Assembly: GCA_963817955.1 (NCBI GenBank)
Contig: CAWFQK010000004.1
Span: forward strand, 1,248,001 to 1,312,000
From: an uncultured Gemmatimonadaceae bacterium
Lineage (GTDB): Bacteria; Gemmatimonadota; Gemmatimonadetes; Gemmatimonadales; Gemmatimonadaceae
Length of the DNA: 64,000 nucleotides
Reading direction: 5' to 3'
A program made the position numbers and the translations under genes. Positions 30,901 to 38,539 of the stretch are shown here, one piece after another; the stretch's first letter is position 1, and each line of letters begins with the position of its first letter. The notes beneath the pieces are model-generated. The model had not been told where the DNA came from, did not search any database, and saw only the letters and a list, made by a program, of their open reading frames with translations.

Positions 30901-31052
30901 CAATTCTGACAGAACGCGATGAGCGCGCGACAGCGATTGGCCGGATCGGTCGCTATCTCGATCACTATAGACGGGACAAGTCCCCTATCCTGGCTGCCCT
31001 GAGAATCGCAATGGGCAGGCTCGGCGCATTGCGTCACGAGTCAGCTGATTAG
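27969..31052 (+). CDS. wHTH/BTAD + STAND (AAA_16-like) ATPase + TPR-like regulator
   Basis: SLREAVYQLR, FTEWLEGYR (BTAD); FVGREEE, GESGIGTT, LEDAHWLD, GNPL. Confidence 0.85.
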   Translation: MIVIHTLGAALIDLGDTRLTPTSSRKFALLLHLAARSGHRVSRAVLRDLIFGDQDDTHALHSLREAVYQLRYMGAPIESIGDMLELPATAVQNDVDEFVNAEQLSATQIAAAHGGFLPAYAPSLSEAFTEWLEGYRAESTFAVCKALNRAAEGARSVCDWLMTEHAARACLALSPWNAAATRCLAQALAAGGARVEAMQLLDKYMAEMGPGSADLKVSAELLRWRIGERLSNTYQPDHLRFVGREEEIRVLKNRLVLARSGIPQCIVLTGESGIGTTRIASEISAIAVFGGWVVQRFISQSQDVQRPMSAFTDLAPKLVDLPGAGGSDPESIASIARLSNRIGATFDIAAATEMSDVRNAAFVHTICDVIGALTIEAPLMLVLEDAHWLDAASWGLVARLASSSSSGRLAILLTSRQDAPVPVSMMSHAHLLQLVIGPLSPAATGTIIDAHLPKRFCADPAAVAWVHRIGAGNPLHLQYLIDHIKTTGEHSSIPLPLAALIDQRLTGLSPIATEVLLLISLLGKHATYDRLTQALQVPWAEALSAVRELESAHMIAEDDGRIEPIHTLIAEGLERRNPPITAKLARQRVAIILLAESEGSQNAALLWAAADLCVASSMTSEAIKALRACAGHSLTLGRAREAAQSLLRAAGLLPQAERKSLVSEAVRIAAGSELDLTIQAIQLLGRRPEAEHHDDFELASLQAELSESKQGDDSYLRLLDCIASTSARIDHRLGAALSLLMYCDHSHDMALAHKVFAVVQMIADSGTEHDRLLVLKSQLVFHTCVGDSSTAATIARSLLVAAADARPDVAADLQRKAAIGFWRSGHTSEALAAFRDSYATARECGLLRLQFHLALMLASEYSDIANPDESQLWIDRAQEVASDLPNLMSSFFYFSVRGDLALASGDTDELRRLNAVSTAFGTQNERARRRTAALSLLVRHLDSHAPSTEDVVEAMTSHHRPASELGDSSDFEVAVLAAILTERDERATAIGRIGRYLDHYRRDKSPILAALRIAMGRLGALRHESAD

Positions 31053-31064
31053 CGCAACGGCCGA

Positions 31065-32432
31065 TCAGCTACTGCGAACCGATGCCCGTCCGTATTGGCG
31101 GCGAGGCGAGATCACCGCGAATGGCGCTCGCGCGACTGTCTCGCTGTATGTAGAGGCTGAAGCAAATAGGGAGAACCACAGCGGGCTCGAAAGAAGCCGA
31201 TCCGCGATCGAGGGATCAAACTGAGTTCCGCGGCACCGCACGACCTCCGAACGCACCTGAGGCTCAGTGAGTGGCGCCCGATAGGGACGTTGCGACGTCA
31301 TCGCGTCGATCGTGTCCGCGAACCGAATGATGCGTGCAGCCAAAGGTATCAAATCGCCGGCCAATCCATTGGGATATCCCGTACCATCCCAATTCTCGTG
31401 GTGGTGTCTGAATCGCTGGTACAATCTCGCGAAGACGAGTCATCGTCGCGATCAGATTCGCCCCATCAACCGAGTGTTCCTGAATCAGCGCCCACTCATC
31501 CGGAGTTAGTTTCTCGGTCTTCGACAACACTTTCGCATATTTCTCATGAATCTTGCCGACATCGTGCAGCAGCGCCGATTGACCGACCTGCTCCACGACA
31601 CGCTCGCTGAGTAACAGCGCCCGAGCAATGACAACAGAGTAATGCTGTACCCGCCGCGAATGGCCTGATGTGTAGGGATCGCGCGCTTCAATCGACTTCA
31701 CCATCAACTCGAGCAGTTCCTCGTTCGTCCGCTCCAATTCCAGATTGTTTTGTGGACCTGCCGCAACCCAAGGATCGGCACCCAGAGCGTTGCTGCGGCA
31801 AGCCAGCCGAACGCTACGTACACCCAAGCAAAGAACAGAACAAGCGGAGCGGTAAGGAGATCCAGAACGATCATCGAGCCGGTGTTCTGGAACCAAACAC
31901 GCCAAATCGACTTCCCGGCCTCGATGGCGATTACGCCAGCAACCACAAGGTTGTTTAGAAGCAGGCCGCAAGCGAACGCCAGCAATGCAGCGACCCCCGC
32001 CTCACGCGTTACATGCGTCAACGAAAGAACGTCGCCTGATGGCAAGAAGGCTCACACCTCCCAGCGCGACATAGACGGCTATTGTCGCGGATACTGCGAG
32101 TGTCTGCTGAGGCTGATATTGAAAATCGCCTTTGTCGGCGCGCGCCGTGCCGCAGCTTCTGTCAGTAGTCTTACCGTTGCCACCACCACGATCGTCGTCC
32201 ATGCCGGATTGATCACGGCCATCGCGAAATACGGAATGAATGCTATCGAGCCACTCGCAGACTGCGGGAGCACAAAGCTCAACATGTCGGCTGCGACAGC
32301 AAGCGCCGTCAATACTGCAAGCGCGGTCCAGCTACCCGTGACGCTGGCCGGCGCGACAAGGAAGACCACCGCAGTAATGATTGCGGCGATCATTCCAATG
32401 ACCGCGACGTAAACCCGTGTCCGGACTCGCAT
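31065..32432 (-). CDS. Membrane-sensor HD-GYP c-di-GMP phosphodiesterase (4 apparent frameshifts)
   Basis: Multi-TM N-terminus (KAIFN), then EARDPYTSGHSRRV, LLHDVGK, HHHENWDGTGYP, DAMTSQRPYR; frame changes near 32110, 32040, 31745, 31410. Confidence 0.85.
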
Positions 32433-32466
32433 AAAGAATGACCCCCTGCCCTCACTCACGTCCAAA

Positions 32467-32517
32467 TCACCCAGTCCTGCCCCACATAAAGTTCAGAGCT
32501 TGGCTGATCTTTTTCAT
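32467..32517 (-). CDS. 16-aa micropeptide MKKISQALNFMWGRTG
   Basis: ATG AAA AAG ATC AGC CAA GCT CTG AAC TTT ATG TGG GGC AGG ACT GGG TGA, preceded by AAGGGGGTGA 7 nt upstream. Confidence 0.65.
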   Translation of the reverse strand: MKKISQALNFMWGRTG

Positions 32518-32743
32518 AGTTGCGTCACCCCCTTGGTCCGTCAGTCACACGTCACCGTGTGCTCCAAAGTGAGCTCCGCTCAACTACCTGGACTGAATTG
32601 TCCTCCGCTCGTCTCCGCTTCAGCGAGGGAGGGGGTCGTATTTGTAATTTCTTTGAATTAGGGAATCGTACGGTGGGAGATCCTGCGGTTCCATCTCTAC
32701 CACCAACAACCGCACCGCGTCGTCGCGGCCTGTCGGAGGGGCC

Positions 32744-33505
32744 TTACCGGTCCAACCAGCGATTTGTCGCGTCCAGCACAGCCAGCACGCTCGCCGTCTC
32801 CGGGCTCTCGCGAACCTCCGCGCTTCCCGTCATCAGCGAGCTCTCGCGACCTTGCCGAGTCGTGACACCCACGAACACGAACTCGTGCTCGAATGCCTCG
32901 ATCAGTTTGCAGCCCTCCAGCGCCAGCACCCGCTCCTCACCGTCCCCCTCCGCCTGTCGAATGGCCGACAGGGTGGCGCGGGCAGCAAGCTCAATGCGAA
33001 GGCGTTCGTTCTCTATGCCCTCCGCTTCGCCGACGTACGACTGTTCACCCTTCTTCAGCGTAACTCGGCAGGCAATTCCCTTTGACCGCGAGCGGCGTAC
33101 TTCCACATCCTCAAAGTAGATCCGGCGGCGCGCAATAGCTGGTTCGGAGGGGGCCGTCCGCTCCATCACCGAGCCGGCGGAGCCGACGGGCGCGTACGCC
33201 ACGGTCGGCAAGTGCAACGGTGTACTGGAGTTACGCGGTGTCTTGTCGCTCTCGTTGGACATCGCCACGCTGATCTTCTTATGGCTCACGCGCATCCCCA
33301 AATGGGCGATCAGCGCGCTCTCAACGTTTCGAACGGTCTGCTTGGGCGTGACGTCGGTGCCCGTCAATATGTGGATCTCTTCTACCGATCCGTTGGTCCC
33401 CGCGACGATGCGCGCCGAGATTACCCCGGGCAATGTGCCCAGGAGCTCTTCAGCGCGCTGAATTGGCAATACGCTGCCGGCTATCAAATTGGATTCGCCT
33501 GGCAT
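32744..33505 (-). CDS. Conserved-looking two-domain hypothetical protein
   Basis: GVISARIV..EEIHIL..PKQTVRNVESAL..HKKISVA; C-domain ending SVLAVLDATNRW. Confidence 0.8.
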   Translation of the reverse strand: MPGESNLIAGSVLPIQRAEELLGTLPGVISARIVAGTNGSVEEIHILTGTDVTPKQTVRNVESALIAHLGMRVSHKKISVAMSNESDKTPRNSSTPLHLPTVAYAPVGSAGSVMERTAPSEPAIARRRIYFEDVEVRRSRSKGIACRVTLKKGEQSYVGEAEGIENERLRIELAARATLSAIRQAEGDGEERVLALEGCKLIEAFEHEFVFVGVTTRQGRESSLMTGSAEVRESPETASVLAVLDATNRWLDR

Positions 33506-33668
33506 CGTCGAGTTGTTGGCTGGCAGGGACAACACACGCTCCGGCGTCGAGACAGTATATCCGGCGTATGACGACCGCCGGCACTGGGGGTCACGGTCAG
33601 CGTCGACCTGGGGCAGGTACGGTGAATATGTGCGTCCCGAACGAACGAAGCAACCAGACAGCCTGGCC

Positions 33669-35222
33669 TCATTCCACCGCGTACTCGTACTCCGGCATTC
33701 GGTATTCCTTGATCTTGCGGTACAGTGTGCGCTCGCCAATGCCGAGCATCTCTGCCGCACGCCGCCGGTTGCCACGTGTCTCTTTCAGCACCAACTCGAT
33801 CGCCGAGCGCTCAATGTCCGCCATCTTCATCCCGGCCGCAATGACCACCACGTTTGGCGGCGGGGCCTGGTCGCGCGGCTCGATGGCCGGCGCCGTCGGT
33901 GCCACGATGGCCGGCGGATGAATTTCCCCCAGCCAACCGTCGTTCACCGGCACCTGATGATCGCCCACGCGGCGGCGTAGCTCTTCTACCTGAAGCCGGA
34001 GCTCGAGCAGGCTGCGCACGATGAACTCCAATTCGCGCCCGCTGGCGCTCTCCTGCCCGCGCACGATTGGCCCAACGTGTACGGGCAGAAAGCGTCCCTC
34101 AGGCCCTTCCTTTATCTGCCGCGGCAGGTCGCCCGGCTGGATCTCGCGCCCCGGCGACAGCACCACCATATTCTCGATGAGGTTCCGCAGCTCGCGCACG
34201 TTTCCCGGCCATGCATACTCCACGAGCTTCTGCATCGCCTCGGCGGAGATCCCGTGGAACGGCCGGTCGTGTTCGCGCGAGTAATCGTGAACGAACCGGC
34301 GCACGAGAAACGGAATGTCTTCCGGCCGTTCGCGAAGGGGCGGCAGGTAGATGCGCAGCACGTTGAGCCGGTAGAACAGGTCGGCCCTGAAGCGGCGCTC
34401 CTCCACCAGCTCGCGCAATGGCTGATTGGTGGCGGCAATGACGCGCACGTCCACCTTGATCGGCTGCACGCCACCCACTCGCATGAACTCGCGCTCCTCG
34501 AGCACGCGCAGGAACTTGACCTGTGTCGACGAAGGGATCTCACCGATCTCGTCGAGGAACAGTGTTCCGCTATCCGCCAGCTCGAATCGCCCCAGCCGGC
34601 GCTCGGCGGCGCCAGTAAACGCTCCCTTCTCGTGCCCGAACAACTCGCTCTCGAGCAGGCTCTCGGACAGCGCGCCGACGTTCACGGCAATGAATGGCTT
34701 GTTGCGCCGGTTGCTGAGCAATCGGATGGCCCGTGCCACGAGCTCCTTGCCGGTGCCGCTCTCGCCTTCAATGAGCACGGTGCTCGAGACGGGCGCCATC
34801 TGCTCCACCTGCACCATCACCTCGCGCATGCCGTCGCTCTCGCCAATCAACCCCGTGAGCCGCTGAAGCCGCCGGCGCTCGAGTATGCGACGCACCCCGC
34901 CAAGGACTTCGTCCACATTCACCGGCTTGGGAAACAGGTCGACGAAGCCGACGGTGCGCAGGCGCTCCAGCTGCGCCGGATCGACGTTGTCGGCCAGCCC
35001 CACGGCCGCTGCACCCTCCCAGAGCTGTTCCTTGACGATGGCTGCCGTGGACGAGTCGGCGAGCTCGCCGCTGAACACGATCAGATCGGGTTTCTCGCGC
35101 TTGAGCGCCGCGCGAATGTCGTCGAGCGGCGACACCAGCGCGGTCTCGACGCCATCGCGCTCGAGGAGCGCGTTGAGCCGAACCGCCGGCTCGACGTCAT
35201 TCAGCGTGAGAAGAACCTTCAT
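33669..35222 (-). CDS. Sigma54-dependent enhancer-binding protein (atypical REC-AAA-Fis HTH)
   Basis: GESGTGKE, ESELFGHEKGAFTGA, LFLDEIGE, WPGNVREL, AAEMLGIGERTLYRK. Confidence 0.93.
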   Translation of the reverse strand: MKVLLTLNDVEPAVRLNALLERDGVETALVSPLDDIRAALKREKPDLIVFSGELADSSTAAIVKEQLWEGAAAVGLADNVDPAQLERLRTVGFVDLFPKPVNVDEVLGGVRRILERRRLQRLTGLIGESDGMREVMVQVEQMAPVSSTVLIEGESGTGKELVARAIRLLSNRRNKPFIAVNVGALSESLLESELFGHEKGAFTGAAERRLGRFELADSGTLFLDEIGEIPSSTQVKFLRVLEEREFMRVGGVQPIKVDVRVIAATNQPLRELVEERRFRADLFYRLNVLRIYLPPLRERPEDIPFLVRRFVHDYSREHDRPFHGISAEAMQKLVEYAWPGNVRELRNLIENMVVLSPGREIQPGDLPRQIKEGPEGRFLPVHVGPIVRGQESASGRELEFIVRSLLELRLQVEELRRRVGDHQVPVNDGWLGEIHPPAIVAPTAPAIEPRDQAPPPNVVVIAAGMKMADIERSAIELVLKETRGNRRRAAEMLGIGERTLYRKIKEYRMPEYEYAVE

Positions 35223-35262
35223 GGCAATGGGAACAGGGCGATGGACAGTGGGCGAAGCAGCG

Positions 35263-35748
35263 TCACCCGGCGTGATCGTAATGATCGGCGCAGAGAACGG
35301 TGAGCGCATGGTCGATGATCGGATCCAGAGCAGCCAGGCCGTCAGTCACGCCGCTCGTCGATCCCGGCAGGTTCACTATAAGCGTTTTCTTACGGACGCC
35401 GCTCAGTCCACGCGACAGGGCGGCCCGCGGAAAGGTTTGTAGCGACAGCACGCGAATGCGCTCGGCAATGCCCGGCGCCTCGCGTTCGATCACGGCTCGC
35501 GTCGCCTCTGGCGTGACGTCGCGCGGGCCAAGTCCGGTACCGCCAGTGGTGAGCACCAGATCGGCAGCTTTGGTGTCGCACCAGCGGGTGAGCGCATCGG
35601 TAATCCGAACCGGTTCGTCGGGGACGAGCGCGCGGAGCACGATCTCATAGCCGCGCGCTGTTCCCCATGCTGCAACTGCATCCCCCGACGTGTCGGCGCG
35701 CTCACCGCGCGCGCCGGCGTCGGAGATGGTCAGAATAGCTAGACGCAT
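35263..35748 (-). CDS. mog: Molybdopterin adenylyltransferase MogA/MoaB family
   Basis: LTISD, DTSG, TTGGTGLGPRDVTPEAT, NLPGS. Confidence 0.88.
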   Translation of the reverse strand: MRLAILTISDAGARGERADTSGDAVAAWGTARGYEIVLRALVPDEPVRITDALTRWCDTKAADLVLTTGGTGLGPRDVTPEATRAVIEREAPGIAERIRVLSLQTFPRAALSRGLSGVRKKTLIVNLPGSTSGVTDGLAALDPIIDHALTVLCADHYDHAG

Positions 35749-35779
35749 GCGATGGGCGATTTACTATCGCCTACCGGCA

Positions 35780-36892
35780 TTACAGGTGCGATGCATCCTT
35801 GTAGAACGGCGGCTTGACGACCGTGGCCGTGGCGCGCTTGCCGCGAATCTCGATCTCGAACGTGCTGCCTTCCTTGGACGATTCCGTCGGCACGTAGCAG
35901 GTGCCAATGGGATAGCCAAGCGTGGGACTCTGGGTGCCGCTGCACACCAAACCGCTCGGCTGGCCGTTCACGAACACCGGGTAGCCATGGCGCGCAATGT
36001 TGCCACGCTCGAGCGTGAAGCCGACGAGCTTCTTCGTGACGCCCTTTGCCTTCTGCTCGTTGAGCACCCGGCTTCCAACGAACTCGCCCTTCTTGAGCTT
36101 CACCAGCCAGGCGAGGTTCGCCTCCAGAGGGGTGACGGTGTCGTCGATGTCGTTGCCATAGAGCGCCATGCCCATTTCCAGACGCAGGGTGTCGCGGCAA
36201 CCAAGTCCAACCGGGCTCACGTCCCCAGCGGCCATCAACACGTCCCAGAGGCGCTCGGCATACTGCACGTCATGGTACAGCTCGAAGCCATCCTCGCCCG
36301 TGTACCCGGTGCGCGAGATGATCATCGGCATGCCGGCCACTGAACCTTCGGCAAAGTGGTAGTACCCGATCGTCGACAGGTCGGTCTTCGTCAGCGGTTG
36401 GAGGATGCTGGCGGCGAGCGGACCCTGCAGCGCCAGGAGCCCCATGTCTTCGCTCACGTCCTCGACAGTCACGCCGAACTTGGCCGCGTGCTGCACGATA
36501 TGGGCGTAATCCTTGGCAACGTTCGATGCGTTTACGACCATCATGATGTGGTCGGGAAAGCGATAAACGAGGCAGTCGTCCTCGATCGTGCCGCGCTCGT
36601 TGAGGATGGTGGAATAGTGAACCTGCCCGATGGCCAGCGCCGCGACGTCGTTCGTCGTGACATACGTCGTGAACTCCACGGCCCGTTCGCCGCGGATCAT
36701 GAACTCACCCATATGGGACACGTCGAACAAGCCGCATCGCTCGCGCACGGCTTTGTGCTCGGCCGTAATGCCCTGGGGGTATTGGACCGGCATCTCGTAG
36801 CCGGCGAAAGGAACGATTTTCGCGCCGAGCGCGACGTGCTTCTCGTAGAACGGTGTGCGCTTGAGCACTCCCGTATCGGTGGCTGTTGTCAT
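35780..36892 (-). CDS. gcvT: Glycine cleavage aminomethyltransferase T
   Basis: FAGYEMPVQY, GLFDVSHMG, SRTGYTGEDGFE, GLGCRDTLRLE. Confidence 0.96.
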   Translation of the reverse strand: MTTATDTGVLKRTPFYEKHVALGAKIVPFAGYEMPVQYPQGITAEHKAVRERCGLFDVSHMGEFMIRGERAVEFTTYVTTNDVAALAIGQVHYSTILNERGTIEDDCLVYRFPDHIMMVVNASNVAKDYAHIVQHAAKFGVTVEDVSEDMGLLALQGPLAASILQPLTKTDLSTIGYYHFAEGSVAGMPMIISRTGYTGEDGFELYHDVQYAERLWDVLMAAGDVSPVGLGCRDTLRLEMGMALYGNDIDDTVTPLEANLAWLVKLKKGEFVGSRVLNEQKAKGVTKKLVGFTLERGNIARHGYPVFVNGQPSGLVCSGTQSPTLGYPIGTCYVPTESSKEGSTFEIEIRGKRATATVVKPPFYKDASHL

Positions 36893-37070
36893 GGGCAGGA
36901 ATATGCCGAAAAGACAGGTTGAGGGGTAGAAGGCATCTTCCTGGCCTTCTGGCGGGCTTCTCGCTTGGGATCCCCTCCTGCCCATTGTCAGGCGATGGCC
37001 GACTGACAGTGCGCGTGCACATCACGCAGGATTCGATAAATGGTCTGACCCGGTCCCTGGCGAAAGCGTT

Positions 37071-38519
37071 ATGACCGTACTCATCACCGAAACGGTACAG
37101 CGGGCGGACGACGTGCCGCTGCGGTCCGTGCTCGAGCGCCAACGCACCGCGTTCAACGCGGGCGCTCCGGACTACGAACGTCGCATGCAGGCGCTCCGCT
37201 CATTGCGGGATGGCCTGGAGTCGCGTGCCGACGCGCTCGCGGCGGCGATCTCGGAGGATTTCGGCGGACGATCGCCGAACGAGACGTACATGCTCGAGCT
37301 CCTGCCGCTGTTCGATCAGATTCGTCACGCCAAGAGCAGCCTGGCTGGCTGGATGAAGGCGCGGCGCGTGTCACCCACCTGGTTTCTGCGGCCTTCTCGG
37401 GCCTACGTCATCCATCAGCCGCTGGGCGTGGTGGGCGTCATTGGCGCATGGAACTATCCGTTGCTGCTCACCCTCGGTCCGCTGATCGATGCATTGGCTG
37501 CGGGCAACCACGTCATGCTCAAGCCGTCTGAGGCGACGCCTCTGACCGCGGCGGCGATCGCCGAGCTCATGGGAACGCTGTACCCGCCGGACTACGTCAC
37601 CACAGTGACCGGCGGACCGGATGTGGCGGCGGAATTCAGCGCGCTACCCTTCGATCATCTCATGTTCACCGGTTCCACGTCGATCGGTCGCCTGGTGATG
37701 CGCGCCGCGGGCGCCAACCTCACACCCGTGACGTTGGAGCTCGGCGGCAAATCGCCGGCTATCGTGCATGAGAGCTATCCGCTGGAGCGCGCGTTGCGCC
37801 GCATTCTCAGTGGCAAGTTGTTCAACGCCGGACAGACGTGCGTTGCACCCGACTATCTGCTCGTTCCACATGGACGCGAAGCGGAGATCGAAACTCTCGC
37901 CAGGTCGATCGTCGCGGAACTCTATCCCAGGTTGGTGGACAACGCGGATTACACGCGCATCCTGAGCCGAGACCACTACCAGCGGTTGATCGCGGTGCTG
38001 GCCAATGCCACAGCTCACGACGCTCGCGTCGTGACGATCAACCCGGCGAATGAACCGTGCAGCATCGCCAATAAAGTGTTTCCGCCAACGTTGGTCTTTG
38101 GCGCGCCGGACCACGCTGAGCTGATGCGCGATGAGATCTTTGGACCGATTCTGCCGATCGTCGGGTACCGCTCCCTGAACGACGCCATCGCGTTCGTGAA
38201 CGCCAGACCACGGCCGCTGGCACTGTACTACTTCGACAACTCGCGCTCACGAGCCCGCTCGGTGGTACAACGGACAACGTCCGGCGGCGTGCTGGTGAAC
38301 GACGTGGTGCTCCACCTCGGCCAGCACAACCTGCCTTTTGGGGGCGTGGGTCCCAGCGGCATGGGACAGTATCACGGGTTTGACGGATTCCAGACGTTCT
38401 CCAAGAAGAAGGGCGTGATGATCCAATCACGCTGGTCGTTCGCCGGGATACTGGCTCCGCCATTCACCGACCGCACCCGCGCGTTGATTCGCCGATTGAT
38501 TCGGCTCAGCGCGCATTAG
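37071..38519 (+). CDS. Coniferyl/fatty aldehyde dehydrogenase (ALDH3-like)
   Basis: WNYP, FTGST, LELGGKSP, NAGQTCVAPDY, EIFGPILP, PFGGVGPSGMG. Confidence 0.9.
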   Translation: MTVLITETVQRADDVPLRSVLERQRTAFNAGAPDYERRMQALRSLRDGLESRADALAAAISEDFGGRSPNETYMLELLPLFDQIRHAKSSLAGWMKARRVSPTWFLRPSRAYVIHQPLGVVGVIGAWNYPLLLTLGPLIDALAAGNHVMLKPSEATPLTAAAIAELMGTLYPPDYVTTVTGGPDVAAEFSALPFDHLMFTGSTSIGRLVMRAAGANLTPVTLELGGKSPAIVHESYPLERALRRILSGKLFNAGQTCVAPDYLLVPHGREAEIETLARSIVAELYPRLVDNADYTRILSRDHYQRLIAVLANATAHDARVVTINPANEPCSIANKVFPPTLVFGAPDHAELMRDEIFGPILPIVGYRSLNDAIAFVNARPRPLALYYFDNSRSRARSVVQRTTSGGVLVNDVVLHLGQHNLPFGGVGPSGMGQYHGFDGFQTFSKKKGVMIQSRWSFAGILAPPFTDRTRALIRRLIRLSAH

Positions 38520-38539
38520 GAGAGGATCGGAACAGACAG

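Noticed and set aside
36893..37070. Glycine riboswitch upstream of gcvT
   Set aside because: The GGAGA...CCGAAG...CUCUCAGG core could not be found on the coding strand.
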